This document shows, piece by piece, positions 20,425 to 29,347 of a stretch of DNA of 64,000 bases. Source of the DNA: an uncultured Gemmatimonadales bacterium. Its GTDB lineage: Bacteria > Gemmatimonadota > Gemmatimonadetes > Gemmatimonadales > GWC2-71-9. Both the position numbers and the translations under genes were made by a program. The stretch spans positions 1,760,001-1,824,000 of the forward strand of contig CAVZZO010000001.1 of the NCBI GenBank assembly GCA_963779755.1. The letters are read 5' to 3'. How positions within the stretch are numbered: the stretch's first letter is position 1; every line of letters starts with the position of its first letter. The notes beneath the pieces were generated by a model that saw nothing but the letters and a program-made list of their open reading frames with translations, had not been told where the DNA came from and did not search any database.

Positions 20425-20992
20425 GGTCCCTGTGCTCTTCACGGTCGTGGGCCTCTACCAGCCGGCGGCGGGCCCGGGCGAGCGTCGTACCGACCGCGCC
20501 CACCGCCAGGCCGGTCTGCTGAGCGATCTCGGGGTAGCTCAGGCCCGCGTCCCACAGGAGCAGCACCTCGCGGTCGCGGGCCGAAAGGAGATCCAGGGCC
20601 CGCTGTACCTTGGCCAACTTTTCGTCGTGCTCGACCAGATCATCCGGCGCCGGCGGGCTTCCCGGCAGCACGCCGGTATCGGACTTGAGCAGGGTCAGAT
20701 GCCGTTTCCGCCGCACCGCCGCCCGGGCCTCGTCCCGCGCCAGGTTGGCCGCCACGGCGAAGACCCACGCCCGGGGCTTCTCCGGCTGGTGCGTCATGGC
20801 CCGCAGGAAGACCTCCTGCGCCAGGTCCTGGGCACGATCGGCATCCCATACTTTGCGATAGAGGAATCGCACTACCGCCGAGTAGGTCGTGCGGTATAGT
20901 GACTCCAGATCGTCGCTCACATGGGCTCCTTCCGCCGGGGACCTTCGTTCGAAGCTGGCCATTCTGCCGCCTGCGTCCAGATCCTGCCCCAC
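20408..20992 (-). CDS. ECF RNA polymerase sigma factor (true start may be 20962 or 20920)
   Basis: AQDLAQEVF, WVFAVAANLARD, LSARDREVLLL..GLSYPEIA..GAVGTTLARAR. Confidence 0.92.
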   Translation of the reverse strand: MGQDLDAGGRMASFERRSPAEGAHVSDDLESLYRTTYSAVVRFLYRKVWDADRAQDLAQEVFLRAMTHQPEKPRAWVFAVAANLARDEARAAVRRKRHLTLLKSDTGVLPGSPPAPDDLVEHDEKLAKVQRALDLLSARDREVLLLWDAGLSYPEIAQQTGLAVGAVGTTLARARRRLVEAHDREEHRDHAAHS

Positions 20993-20994
20993 GG

Positions 20995-21792
20995 CTAGTT
21001 GACGCCGGCCACCGATCCGGTTGCACAGCCGGTGCTTGCGGCGCGCCGTCGCCGGCCGGCAAAGACACAGCCGGGGTGCAACCCCTTGCCCTTGGGCGGC
21101 CAGTCGCTGCAGAGGTCGGGCTTGGCGGGGCGGCCGTCGGCGCGGGTCCGGCCGTGGAGGCTGCAGGCCCCCTCTTCATCAAGATAGCCGCAGGCGGAAA
21201 TCATCTCCGCCTCGATGGAGAAGTCCCCCTCCCGGGATACCTTGCACAGGTAGGGCGACTTGCGGGCGAATACCAGCCGTTCCAGGAGGACTTCCTTTCT
21301 GGTGCACATGATCTCGACCTGCAGATCCCGGCAGCAGGCGGAACCCCTGGTGTTGTCGGCGGTCCGGCAGGGCGCATCCTGACAGGGGTTATCCTCCTGG
21401 AGGACCGGCAGCGCCCGCCGCGGTTGATCCAGGTCGCGCCGGACCAGGCGCTGGTGGTCGACCACCCGGAAGGACCGGAGGCCCAGCCGGCGGGGCTGCT
21501 CCCGGGTGGCGCGCTGGCGCGGCATGTCGCCGGTGAAGCCATGGGCTCGGCAGCGGGCGCCGGGGCCTTCCCGGGCCAGATGCTTGCATGGGACGTGGAG
21601 CACAGCCTCGACGTATAGATCCTCTCCATCGTTCCACGGGTCGCCGAAGGTGATGTGCTGGGTGTGCCCCAGGAGCCACGTCGCCTCATGATCCAGCGAC
21701 GCCTCCCCCTCTTCCAGGCTGCCGATACGGAGGGTTACCCGGAGCGAACGGCAATCGGCCCCGAGGGCGGTACAGGCGGGCAAGCTGGGCAT
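20995..21792 (-). CDS. Cys-rich protein, YkgJ/CxxCxxCC-like metal or Fe-S binding
   Basis: 15 Cys; PC...C...ACCR, ACGYL..GACSLH, KPDLCSDWP, PCKHL...RCRAH. Confidence 0.7.
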   Translation of the reverse strand: MPSLPACTALGADCRSLRVTLRIGSLEEGEASLDHEATWLLGHTQHITFGDPWNDGEDLYVEAVLHVPCKHLAREGPGARCRAHGFTGDMPRQRATREQPRRLGLRSFRVVDHQRLVRRDLDQPRRALPVLQEDNPCQDAPCRTADNTRGSACCRDLQVEIMCTRKEVLLERLVFARKSPYLCKVSREGDFSIEAEMISACGYLDEEGACSLHGRTRADGRPAKPDLCSDWPPKGKGLHPGCVFAGRRRRAASTGCATGSVAGVN

Positions 21793-21828
21793 GGCGAAAA
21801 CTGGCGAAATTGCGGGGGGGGATTATAC

Positions 21829-21846
21829 TTGTGAACTCATTCACAA
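21829..21846. promoter_or_regulatory. Perfect Rex-type operator TTGTGAA-N4-TTCACAA in a divergent promoter
   Basis: TTGTGAACTCATTCACAA, directly after a TATACT -10-like hexamer (21824-21829). Confidence 0.75.
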
Positions 21847-21911
21847 GCGGATTTCTGTTCGACTGCAGTCATAGCCACAACAATCTTAACGATCCCGGAG
21901 GTCTGACAGCA

Positions 21912-22397
21912 ATGCGCACCAGCTTACTGATGGCAGGAGCAGCTCTTCTTCTGGCCGCCTGCGGCGGCGGCGAGAAGCCGGCGAACCAGCAGACGGCAGT
22001 GGACACGACCGCCACTACCCCGCCCGCGGTGGCCGGCACCACGACGGCGAACGCGACCGGCACGGTCCATGACGTCAACATGGAGCTGAACGGGTCGACG
22101 TACGAGTACACCCCCGCGAACCTGACCATCAAGCCGGGCGATGCCGTGCGGTTCCATAACGTGAGCGGCGGCCCCCACAACGTCGAGTTCTATCCGGACA
22201 GCATTCCGGCCGGCGCCGCCGACGTGCTGAACAACAACATGCCCGACCGCACCGGCCCGCTGGCGGGCCCGCTGCTGGTGGAGCCCAACGCGACCTACAC
22301 CATTTCCTTCGCGGGCGCCCCCGAGGGCGAGTACAAGTTCTACTGCCTGCCGCACCATGCGCTGGGGATGAAGGGGACGATCGAGGTGGAGGAGTAG
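21912..22397 (+). CDS. Plastocyanin/azurin-family blue copper lipoprotein
   Basis: Lipobox LAAC; Thr/Ala linker; type-1 Cu ligands PHNVEF and YCLPHHALGM. Confidence 0.92.
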   Translation: MRTSLLMAGAALLLAACGGGEKPANQQTAVDTTATTPPAVAGTTTANATGTVHDVNMELNGSTYEYTPANLTIKPGDAVRFHNVSGGPHNVEFYPDSIPAGAADVLNNNMPDRTGPLAGPLLVEPNATYTISFAGAPEGEYKFYCLPHHALGMKGTIEVEE

Positions 22398-22551
22398 GAA
22401 GCAGGACGGAATAGGACGGAATAGGACGGGAAAAAGACGGGAGGAAGACGGGAGAGTCCGTTATCCTCCCGTCCTGTCTTCGTCCTCATTCCGTCCTGTC
22501 TTCGTCCTTTCCCGTCCTGTTCCCGTCTCTCTCCCGTCTTTCTCCTGCTTT
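22398..22551. repeat. Second palindromic array of the GACGGGA/TCCCGTC 10-11-mer family
   Basis: ggacggaata x2, gacggga x3, then about 7 (t/c)(t/c)cgtc units; outer GAAGCAGGA/TCCTGCTT; convergent gap. Confidence 0.85.
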
Positions 22552-23451
22552 CTATCGCAACGGCCGCCCCAGCACTCTCCACCCGCTCCCGACCTCCAGC
22601 CAGCGCACTGCGGCTACGACGCCCGCGCCGGTCGCCAGCCCCGCCAGCGCGTCCACGCCGTAGTGCATCTGGCAGTAGACCACGCCGACGGTGAGCAGGA
22701 CGGTCGGCAACAGCAGGATGGCGCCGAGGCGGCGTGAGCCGAGCCACCCGGCCAGGGTCGCGGCCACGGTGGCCGCGACGTGGGAAGAAGGGAAGGCGGC
22801 GCCGTAGGAGCTGCCCTCGGCCAGCGTGGCGTACACCAGCCGCGCCGGCAGATTGGCCACGAAGCTCCCCGTGGGGTGGGGGAACGCGTAATAGGGGCCG
22901 GCGACGGGGAAGAGCAGGAAGGCGCTATAGCACACGACGAAGGTGGCCATCACCATGAGCACGGCCCGCCGGAGCGCGCGCAGGTCCCGCCGCCAGGCGA
23001 ACCAGGCCGGCGGCAGGGGGATGATCAGATAGTAGGAGAAGTAGGCCGCGTGCAGCACGGTGGACCAGAAGCGGCTGGGGTGGCTCTGCCACCAGGTGCG
23101 GCTGATCTGGGTGCCGAAGGCGGCGGTTTCCCAGTGCTGAATGAGCGCATCGTGTACGTGCACCAGGTCGACCCCGTTCAGCAGGTCGAGCTGGCTGTAG
23201 AGACTGACCAGCAGCAGCAGCGGATAGATCTCGTGCAACGCCACCCCCGCCGGCCCCAGCTCCCGGCGGGTGAAGAGGAAAATCAGGACGACGATGAGCA
23301 GGTTGGACAGCAGGACCCAGGGAGCCAGCGGCCGGGTGCCCAGCCGCGCCAGGGCGACTACCGAAACCAGCACCAGATAGGCCAGCAGCACCAGGTCCAC
23401 GGCGAGCAGCCGCGCGGCGGCCTCACCGGTGGGAGTACGGCTCAGAGCCAT
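22552..23451 (-). CDS. PAP2-superfamily membrane enzyme, Aur1/IPC-synthase-like (PAP2_3)
   Basis: Multi-TM; YFSYY, FPVAGP, AFPSSHV, HYGVD. Confidence 0.8.
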   Translation of the reverse strand: MALSRTPTGEAAARLLAVDLVLLAYLVLVSVVALARLGTRPLAPWVLLSNLLIVVLIFLFTRRELGPAGVALHEIYPLLLLVSLYSQLDLLNGVDLVHVHDALIQHWETAAFGTQISRTWWQSHPSRFWSTVLHAAYFSYYLIIPLPPAWFAWRRDLRALRRAVLMVMATFVVCYSAFLLFPVAGPYYAFPHPTGSFVANLPARLVYATLAEGSSYGAAFPSSHVAATVAATLAGWLGSRRLGAILLLPTVLLTVGVVYCQMHYGVDALAGLATGAGVVAAVRWLEVGSGWRVLGRPLR

Positions 23452-24404
23452 CCGGCGGCGCGATACCAGGCCAGGGTCTCGCGCAGGCCGCCCTCGAGGT
23501 CGTAAGCCGCCCGCCAGCCGGTGTCGCGGGTGAGCGACGCCGGATCGCAGGTCCAGGCTGTCTGGAAGAACTCGTTGGCCTTGTCGGCGGTGAGCAGGGT
23601 GCGGCGGCCGGCCAGCCGGGCGGCGGCGCCGGTGATGCCCAGAATACCGCGGCCCAGCGGCTCGGGCACCGGCAGCAGCAGGACGCGGCGCTCCATGACG
23701 CGGCCGATGGCCCGGGCCAGCTCCCCGCTGGTGGTCTGGTCCGGGTGCGCGGGGTAGTAGATCCTGCCGGGCGGGGCGCCGACCGCGGCGAGGAACGCCA
23801 GCACCAGGTCGGGCGCGTAGATGGCCGAGAGGCGCTGGTCTCCCCGGCCGAAGACCGGCACCAGCCCGGTGCGGGCCAGCTGAAAGATCTTGAGGACCTC
23901 GCGGTCGCGGGGACCGTAGACCGTGGGGGGGCGGAGAATGGTCCAGGGGAGGGGCCCGGTGCGCACCACTTCCTCGGCGGCGAGCTTGCTGCGGCCGTAG
24001 GCGCTGACGGGCGCCGGGGGCTCGTCGCCGGCGCGCGGTGCGCCAGCAGTGGCCGGCCCGGCGGCCGCCAGGGTGGAAACCAGCACGAAGCGCTCCACAC
24101 CCGCCCCGGCCGCGGCCTGGAGCAGGCGGGCGGTGCCCTCGCGGTTCACCCGATAGAACTCGGCCTCATCCAGCGCGGCCACCAGGGCGGCGGAGTGAAA
24201 GACCACGTCCTGCCCGGCGGCTGCCTCCCGCAACGCGCTTTCATTATCAAGGTCGCCCTGGATGGTGCGGACGTCGGGCGCGAAGAGGGCGGCGGCCCGC
24301 TCCGGCGAGCGGACCAGCGCGGTGACGCGGTCGCCGCGGCGGCGGAGGGCTTCGACCAGATGGCTCCCGACGAACCCGGTGCCGCCGGTCACCAGGACCT
24401 TCAT
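23442..24404 (-). CDS. Extended SDR NAD-dependent epimerase/reductase, candidate ceramide reductase (CerR-like)
   Basis: MKVLVTGGTGFVG, YGRSK, LRPPTVYGPRD; ATGA overlap with the upstream GNAT gene; context with spt. Confidence 0.8.
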   Translation of the reverse strand: MKVLVTGGTGFVGSHLVEALRRRGDRVTALVRSPERAAALFAPDVRTIQGDLDNESALREAAAGQDVVFHSAALVAALDEAEFYRVNREGTARLLQAAAGAGVERFVLVSTLAAAGPATAGAPRAGDEPPAPVSAYGRSKLAAEEVVRTGPLPWTILRPPTVYGPRDREVLKIFQLARTGLVPVFGRGDQRLSAIYAPDLVLAFLAAVGAPPGRIYYPAHPDQTTSGELARAIGRVMERRVLLLPVPEPLGRGILGITGAAARLAGRRTLLTADKANEFFQTAWTCDPASLTRDTGWRAAYDLEGGLRETLAWYRAAGWL

Positions 24405-25537
24405 AGGGGCCGGTCGTAGAGGCGATAGGTCTTGTACACCGAGAAGCCCATCTTGACCAGGCCGGCGTTCATGGCCGGGTTGTCTTCCAGGATCCAGCCG
24501 GCCTCTCCCCAGCCGATGCCACGCTCGGTACCGCGGGACCAGATCCAATGATAGAGCATGGCGTCGATGCCCTTGCCCCGGTGCTCCGGCAGCACGCCCA
24601 GTAGCAGGATCCGCAGCCGGGTAAACCGCTTCATCTTGAGCCACCAGAGCAGCCGGAAGATGACCGGTAGCAGGCGGCCGTTGCGGTTGGTGCGGAACAC
24701 CTGGTTCAGGTCGGGCAGGGCAAGGGCAAAGCCGATCACCTGGCCGTCCTTCTCCGCCATGGGCACCAGGTCGGGCACCACCACCGGCCTGAACTGCCTG
24801 GCCAGGTGGTCGATCTCGTGTTCGGTCATGGGGACGAAGCCCCAGTTCTTCTCCCAGGCAGCGTTGTACAGCTCCTTCACCCGCTCCACCTCGGCGGTGA
24901 ACTGGCGCATGTCGAGCGCCCGCAGCGTGACGCCCTGCCGTTCGCCGATGAGCTGCACCGCGCGGGTGAGGCGCTCGGGTACCGGTGGCAGGTCGTGCTC
25001 GTCGCCGTTCTGGTAGACCAGCAGGTCCCGTGCTTTGGCGAACCCGGCCCGTTCCAGCAGGGCGGCATAATAGGGCGGGTTGTGCGGCATCATCAGGGTG
25101 GGCGGCGTGTCGAAGCCGTCCACCAGCAGGCCGCACTCGTCGTTCACCGAGAACGATGCGGGGCCGCGCAGGGTATCGTGCCCCCGTGCGCGGCACCAGG
25201 CGGCGGCCGCGTCGAGCAGCGCGTCCGCCGTGTCCTGGTCGTCGATGCATTCGAAGAAGCCGAAGAACCCTGCCCGGTCCTGGTGGGTTTCGTTGTGCAG
25301 CCGGTTACTGATGCCGGCGACGCGGCCCACCACCTTGCTGCCCCGGAGGGCGAGGTAGTACTCGGCCTCGCCATGCTCGAAGAAGGGATTCTTCCGGCGG
25401 GACAGCAGCGTACGGACGTCCTGACGCAACGGCGGGACCCAGAGCGGGTCCCGCGCGTGCAGCCGATACGGAAGATCGACGAAGCGGTCGAGGTCGCGGG
25501 CGCCGGTGACCGCCCGGACGAGGACCCCGGCCGTCAG
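24401..25537 (-). CDS. GNAT-fold acyltransferase, candidate bacterial ceramide synthase (bCerS-like); start probably CTG at 25537
   Basis: FVDLPYRLH.DPLWVPPL, NPFFEH, GFFGFFEC, GLLVDGF..PP.MMPHNPPYY, YNAAWEKNWGFVP, ALPDLN, WILEDN. Confidence 0.85.
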   Translation of the reverse strand: MTAGVLVRAVTGARDLDRFVDLPYRLHARDPLWVPPLRQDVRTLLSRRKNPFFEHGEAEYYLALRGSKVVGRVAGISNRLHNETHQDRAGFFGFFECIDDQDTADALLDAAAAWCRARGHDTLRGPASFSVNDECGLLVDGFDTPPTLMMPHNPPYYAALLERAGFAKARDLLVYQNGDEHDLPPVPERLTRAVQLIGERQGVTLRALDMRQFTAEVERVKELYNAAWEKNWGFVPMTEHEIDHLARQFRPVVVPDLVPMAEKDGQVIGFALALPDLNQVFRTNRNGRLLPVIFRLLWWLKMKRFTRLRILLLGVLPEHRGKGIDAMLYHWIWSRGTERGIGWGEAGWILEDNPAMNAGLVKMGFSVYKTYRLYDRPL

Positions 25538-26739
25538 ATGACCCCCAGCTCCCGTCCGATCCTGGCAAAGGTGTCCAGACAGTAGTCGATCTGATCGAAC
25601 GTGTGGGTCGCCATCAGGCTGGTCCGCAGGCGGCAGGCCGAGGCCGGCACGGCCGGCGGGGCGACCGGGTTGGTGAAGACCCCGGCGTCGAACAGCTTGC
25701 GCCACATGATGAAGGTCTTCTCCAGCGGCCCGATCAGTACCGGGACGATGGGCGTCTGGGTGGGGCCGATCTCGAAGCCCAGGCTGCGGAAGCCCTCGTG
25801 CAGGCGGCGGGTGTTGGCCCACAACCGTTCACGCCGCTCGACTTCCACCTGCAGCGCCTCCAGCGCCGCCAGCACGCCGGCCGTGTTCGCCGGCGGCAGG
25901 GAAGCGGTGAAGATGAGGGGCCGGCTGTGGTGGCGCAGGTAGTGAATGACGCTCTCGGTGGCCGCTACGAACCCGCCGATGGAGGCGAGCGACTTGGAGA
26001 AGGTGCCGGCGATGATATCGACCTCGTCGGTCAGGCCGAAGTGCGCCGCGGTGCCGTCGCCGTTGGGGCCGAGGACCCCGATGGCATGCGCGTCGTCCAG
26101 TGCCAGGGCGACGCCGAAGCGCCGCGCCAGCCGGACCAGGCCCGGCACGTCGGCGATGTCGCCTTCCATGCTGTAGACGCCGTCCACCACCACCATGGCG
26201 CCGCGGCCGGAGCGTTCCCGTTCCAGCTTGCGCTGCAGGCTGTTCAGGTCGCCGTGGTTGAAGCGTTCGGTCTCGCCGTAGGAGAGCTTGGCGCCGTCCA
26301 CGATGGAGGCGTGGTCGAGCTTGTCGAGATAGACGACGTCGCCCCGGCCCACCAGGCCGCTGATCAGGCCCAGGTTGGCGGAATACCCGGTGGAGAACAC
26401 CAGGCAGTCTTCCTTGCCCAGAAACTCGGCCAGGGAACGCTCCAATTGGCCGTGCAGGTCGATCGTCCCGTTCAGGAAACGGCTGCCGGTGCAGCCGGAG
26501 CCGTAGCGCAGCAGGGCCCGCTGGGCCGCTTCCAGCACCTTGGGGTGATGGGTGAGCCCCAGATAATTGTTGGAGCCCAGCATGATGCGCTTCTGCCCTT
26601 CAATGACGACGACCGTGTCCTCGGACTCGGAAATCGGCTTGAAGTAGGGATAGAGCCCCGCCGCCTGCACTTCGCGCGCTTTGGTGAACTGCTTGCACTT
26701 GTCGAACAGCGCGACCTGTTGGAGCGTTTGGGTGTCCAC
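25534..26739 (-). CDS. spt: Serine palmitoyltransferase (PLP-dependent alpha-oxoamine synthase family)
   Basis: GLYPYF, GSNNYLGLT.HP, GCTGSRFLNGT, DHASIVDG, DGVYSMEGD, DDAH, GTFSKSLASIGGF, YLRHHSR, SLMATH. Closely matches Bacteroidota-type Spt as I recall it; BioF/Kbl less likely given the context. Confidence 0.85.
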   Translation of the reverse strand: MDTQTLQQVALFDKCKQFTKAREVQAAGLYPYFKPISESEDTVVVIEGQKRIMLGSNNYLGLTHHPKVLEAAQRALLRYGSGCTGSRFLNGTIDLHGQLERSLAEFLGKEDCLVFSTGYSANLGLISGLVGRGDVVYLDKLDHASIVDGAKLSYGETERFNHGDLNSLQRKLERERSGRGAMVVVDGVYSMEGDIADVPGLVRLARRFGVALALDDAHAIGVLGPNGDGTAAHFGLTDEVDIIAGTFSKSLASIGGFVAATESVIHYLRHHSRPLIFTASLPPANTAGVLAALEALQVEVERRERLWANTRRLHEGFRSLGFEIGPTQTPIVPVLIGPLEKTFIMWRKLFDAGVFTNPVAPPAVPASACRLRTSLMATHTFDQIDYCLDTFARIGRELGVI

Positions 26740-26807
26740 AGTACCTCGATGTTAACGGGGACCCGACGGCAGGTGCTCGCCAGTCCGGTGGCTGAAATGG
26801 CTGCATG

Positions 26808-26836
26808 ATTTTAGCGCCTGGCCCCTGACGGCACAA
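26808..26836 (-). promoter_or_regulatory. Putative sigma70 promoter of the spt operon
   Basis: Minus strand TTGTGC-17-TAAAAT. Confidence 0.5.
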
Positions 26837-27064
26837 GGGTTTACGCCGTTTCCGGCCGGCTGTTCGGGGCCCGGATTCCATGGCACCTCACCAGAGTATT
26901 CTGGCCTTTCGCGAACTCCATCCGGGGCCGGTGTCCATGCGGCAGCGTCCGGGACGTCTAAGTCCATGTCACAAAAGTCACGAGGCCGTCGGGAACTTCC
27001 GGGCACGGTAGTACGTTTCTTGCTTGGCAGCCGGCTTTATATCCTTTTTCGGCAGGGTTCAGGA

Positions 27065-29344
27065 ATGGGTCGTCACGCGAGGTGGGCCCCCGCGCTCGTC
27101 ATCGGGCTGGTGCTGTTTTCGGCGGGGCCGGCCTTGGCCCAGCATCGGGCGGAGCCCGGGCGCTTCGAGGTGCCCTGGCTGGATTTCCGGCCCGACGGTG
27201 CCTGGCGGAAGCACGCCAACGCAGTCCGGGACAATCGCCGGCTGCTGTTGAGCGCCGGGGCCATCGGGGCGGTGAACGGCGCCGCCGCGGTAACCGGCGA
27301 CTACAAGATCCCGGTGGTGCTGTTCAACTTCAGCAACCGGATCAACGCGTTTACCCCCACCGATTACAGCAACCTGTTCTTCAGCCCGACGCCCACGCCG
27401 CCCGCCGGCCAGTACCGGCCCTACACCCTGAAGACCTTCTACGAGCAGCTCTCCAACGGCAACATCACGGTGGACGGGTCGGTCTTCGGACCGGTGCCGG
27501 CCGATTCGGTGGATACCTTTTATGAGGACGGGTGCGACGGCATCGGGGTGACGCCGCAGGGCGCACCCACGACATGCGGCACTCCGCTGCAGGGGAGCGG
27601 GGTCTCGGCCAACTTCCGCGATCTGCTGGTCGAAGTGATCGGCAAGGTGGACAACGGCTCGATCGACTGGAGCCAGTTCGATCACGACGGCGACGGCTTG
27701 GTGGATTTCATCACCTTCATTCAGCCCGAGGTCGACGGCGCCTGCCAGACGACCAACCTCTGGGCGCACCGGTTCAGCCTGCAGGGACTCGGCGACTCGC
27801 CCATCCCCACCCAGACCCCCTGGCCGGGGCACAGCGGCCAGTTCATCAAGATCAACGACTACATCATCCAGAGCGGCCAGGGCGGCGACGGCTCCTGCAC
27901 CGCGGGGGAGATCATGCCGGTAGGCACCGTCGCGCACGAGACCGGCCACGCCTTCGGCCTGCCGGACTTGTATGATACGGAGCCCGCCAGCGGGACCGAG
28001 GGGATCGGGGAGTGGGGGCTCATGGGGAGCGGCAACTACGCCCGTCCCTATAGTCCCAGCCGCATGGAGGCCTGGTCGCTGGCCCAGCTGGGCTGGGTAA
28101 CCGTGGACACGCTCTCGGCCAGCGGGCAGGTGACCATCAACCCGGTCTCCAGTTCCGACACGGTCTGGTATGTTCCCACCGCACGCGCCGGCGATTATTT
28201 CCTGCTGGAGAACCGCGATTCGCTGGCGTCGGACACCGCGCAGATGAACTCGGCTTTCTCCACCCGCAAGAAGTCGCCCGGGCTGCTCATCTGGCATATC
28301 GACGATGCCCGGGTTGCCCAGGGCACTGTTTTGGGGCAGAACTCCGTCAACACCGGCGCGATCCAGGGCGTTGCCCTGGAACAGGCCGACGGCCTCAACC
28401 AGTTGCGCACCGCCAACCTGGGCAACCGGGGCGACATCGGCGACAGTTATCCCGGCAGCACGGGGAACTCCAGTTTCACTTTCTCGTCCAATCCGCAGGC
28501 GGCGGATAACACCGGCGCCTATGCCGGGTTCATCATCGACAGCATCACCCGGCACGCCTCGGGCGTGCCCGGGGTCGCAAGCCCCATGACGCTCTACTAC
28601 CTGCTGCGCGGCCTGTCGCTCATCGCGCCGGACGCCAACCACGCCAGCGCGCAGGTCAAGGTCAACGGCGTGTCGACCGCCCGGTATGCCAACGCCATCG
28701 CGCCGGGCGAAACGGTGAATCTCTCGGTCACCAGCCCGCAGACGGCCAATGCCGGCCGTTCGGAGTTCACCTTCCTTTCCTGGAGCGACGGCGGGGCCAG
28801 CAGCCACAGTTTCGTTTCCAGCGTGGCCGGTCCCGACACCGTGATCGCCACCTTCACGGCCCGTCACAAGGTGACGCTGACCTCCACACCGGTGGGCGGG
28901 ACGGTGACGTCCGATCTGGCGGTGCCGCTCGACACCCTGGTCGCCGGGACGTTCGTGCAGGAGAATACGCCGGTGACGCTGTCCGCCGCGGCCGATGCCA
29001 ATTTCCTGTTCACCGGCTGGACCGGCGACACCAGCACCGGCAACGCCACCGTGGTGCTCCCCATGGGGCGCCCCTACGCCGTGACGGCGCAGTTCACCGC
29101 CACGGTGGTAGTGGCCTCGGACGATGCCGCCAACGATCTGCTCACCAACCGCGGCTGCGGCTGTCTCACCACCACCCAGCGGAGCTTTCTGGACCAGGCG
29201 GGCAACCACAACGGCGTCTACGACCTGGGCGACTTCCTGGCCTACGCCAACCGGTCCGGTCTCAATCCTTCGTCGCCCGCCATGCAGCGGGTGCTTTCCC
29301 GCCTGGGCGCCGGCACGCCGGCCGCGGCGCGAAAGGAGCGCTGA
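27065..29344 (+). CDS. Secreted M6 (immune inhibitor A) family metalloprotease with C-terminal beta-repeat domains and a Ca-binding loop
   Basis: Signal peptide; DHDGDGLVD, WAHRF, AHETGHAFGLPDLYD, GEWGLMGSG, YFLLENR, GLLIWHID. Confidence 0.92.
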   Translation: MGRHARWAPALVIGLVLFSAGPALAQHRAEPGRFEVPWLDFRPDGAWRKHANAVRDNRRLLLSAGAIGAVNGAAAVTGDYKIPVVLFNFSNRINAFTPTDYSNLFFSPTPTPPAGQYRPYTLKTFYEQLSNGNITVDGSVFGPVPADSVDTFYEDGCDGIGVTPQGAPTTCGTPLQGSGVSANFRDLLVEVIGKVDNGSIDWSQFDHDGDGLVDFITFIQPEVDGACQTTNLWAHRFSLQGLGDSPIPTQTPWPGHSGQFIKINDYIIQSGQGGDGSCTAGEIMPVGTVAHETGHAFGLPDLYDTEPASGTEGIGEWGLMGSGNYARPYSPSRMEAWSLAQLGWVTVDTLSASGQVTINPVSSSDTVWYVPTARAGDYFLLENRDSLASDTAQMNSAFSTRKKSPGLLIWHIDDARVAQGTVLGQNSVNTGAIQGVALEQADGLNQLRTANLGNRGDIGDSYPGSTGNSSFTFSSNPQAADNTGAYAGFIIDSITRHASGVPGVASPMTLYYLLRGLSLIAPDANHASAQVKVNGVSTARYANAIAPGETVNLSVTSPQTANAGRSEFTFLSWSDGGASSHSFVSSVAGPDTVIATFTARHKVTLTSTPVGGTVTSDLAVPLDTLVAGTFVQENTPVTLSAAADANFLFTGWTGDTSTGNATVVLPMGRPYAVTAQFTATVVVASDDAANDLLTNRGCGCLTTTQRSFLDQAGNHNGVYDLGDFLAYANRSGLNPSSPAMQRVLSRLGAGTPAAARKER

Positions 29345-29347
29345 ATC

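Noticed and set aside
25534..26739. Annotation as bioF or kbl
   Set aside because: No bio or tdh genes nearby; sequence features and the GNAT/SDR/PAP2 context fit Spt better, though this is not formally excluded without a phylogeny
26966..26982. TGTCACAAAAGTCAC as a third Rex site or OmpR-type box
   Set aside because: Not palindromic, and the spacing is not 11 bp
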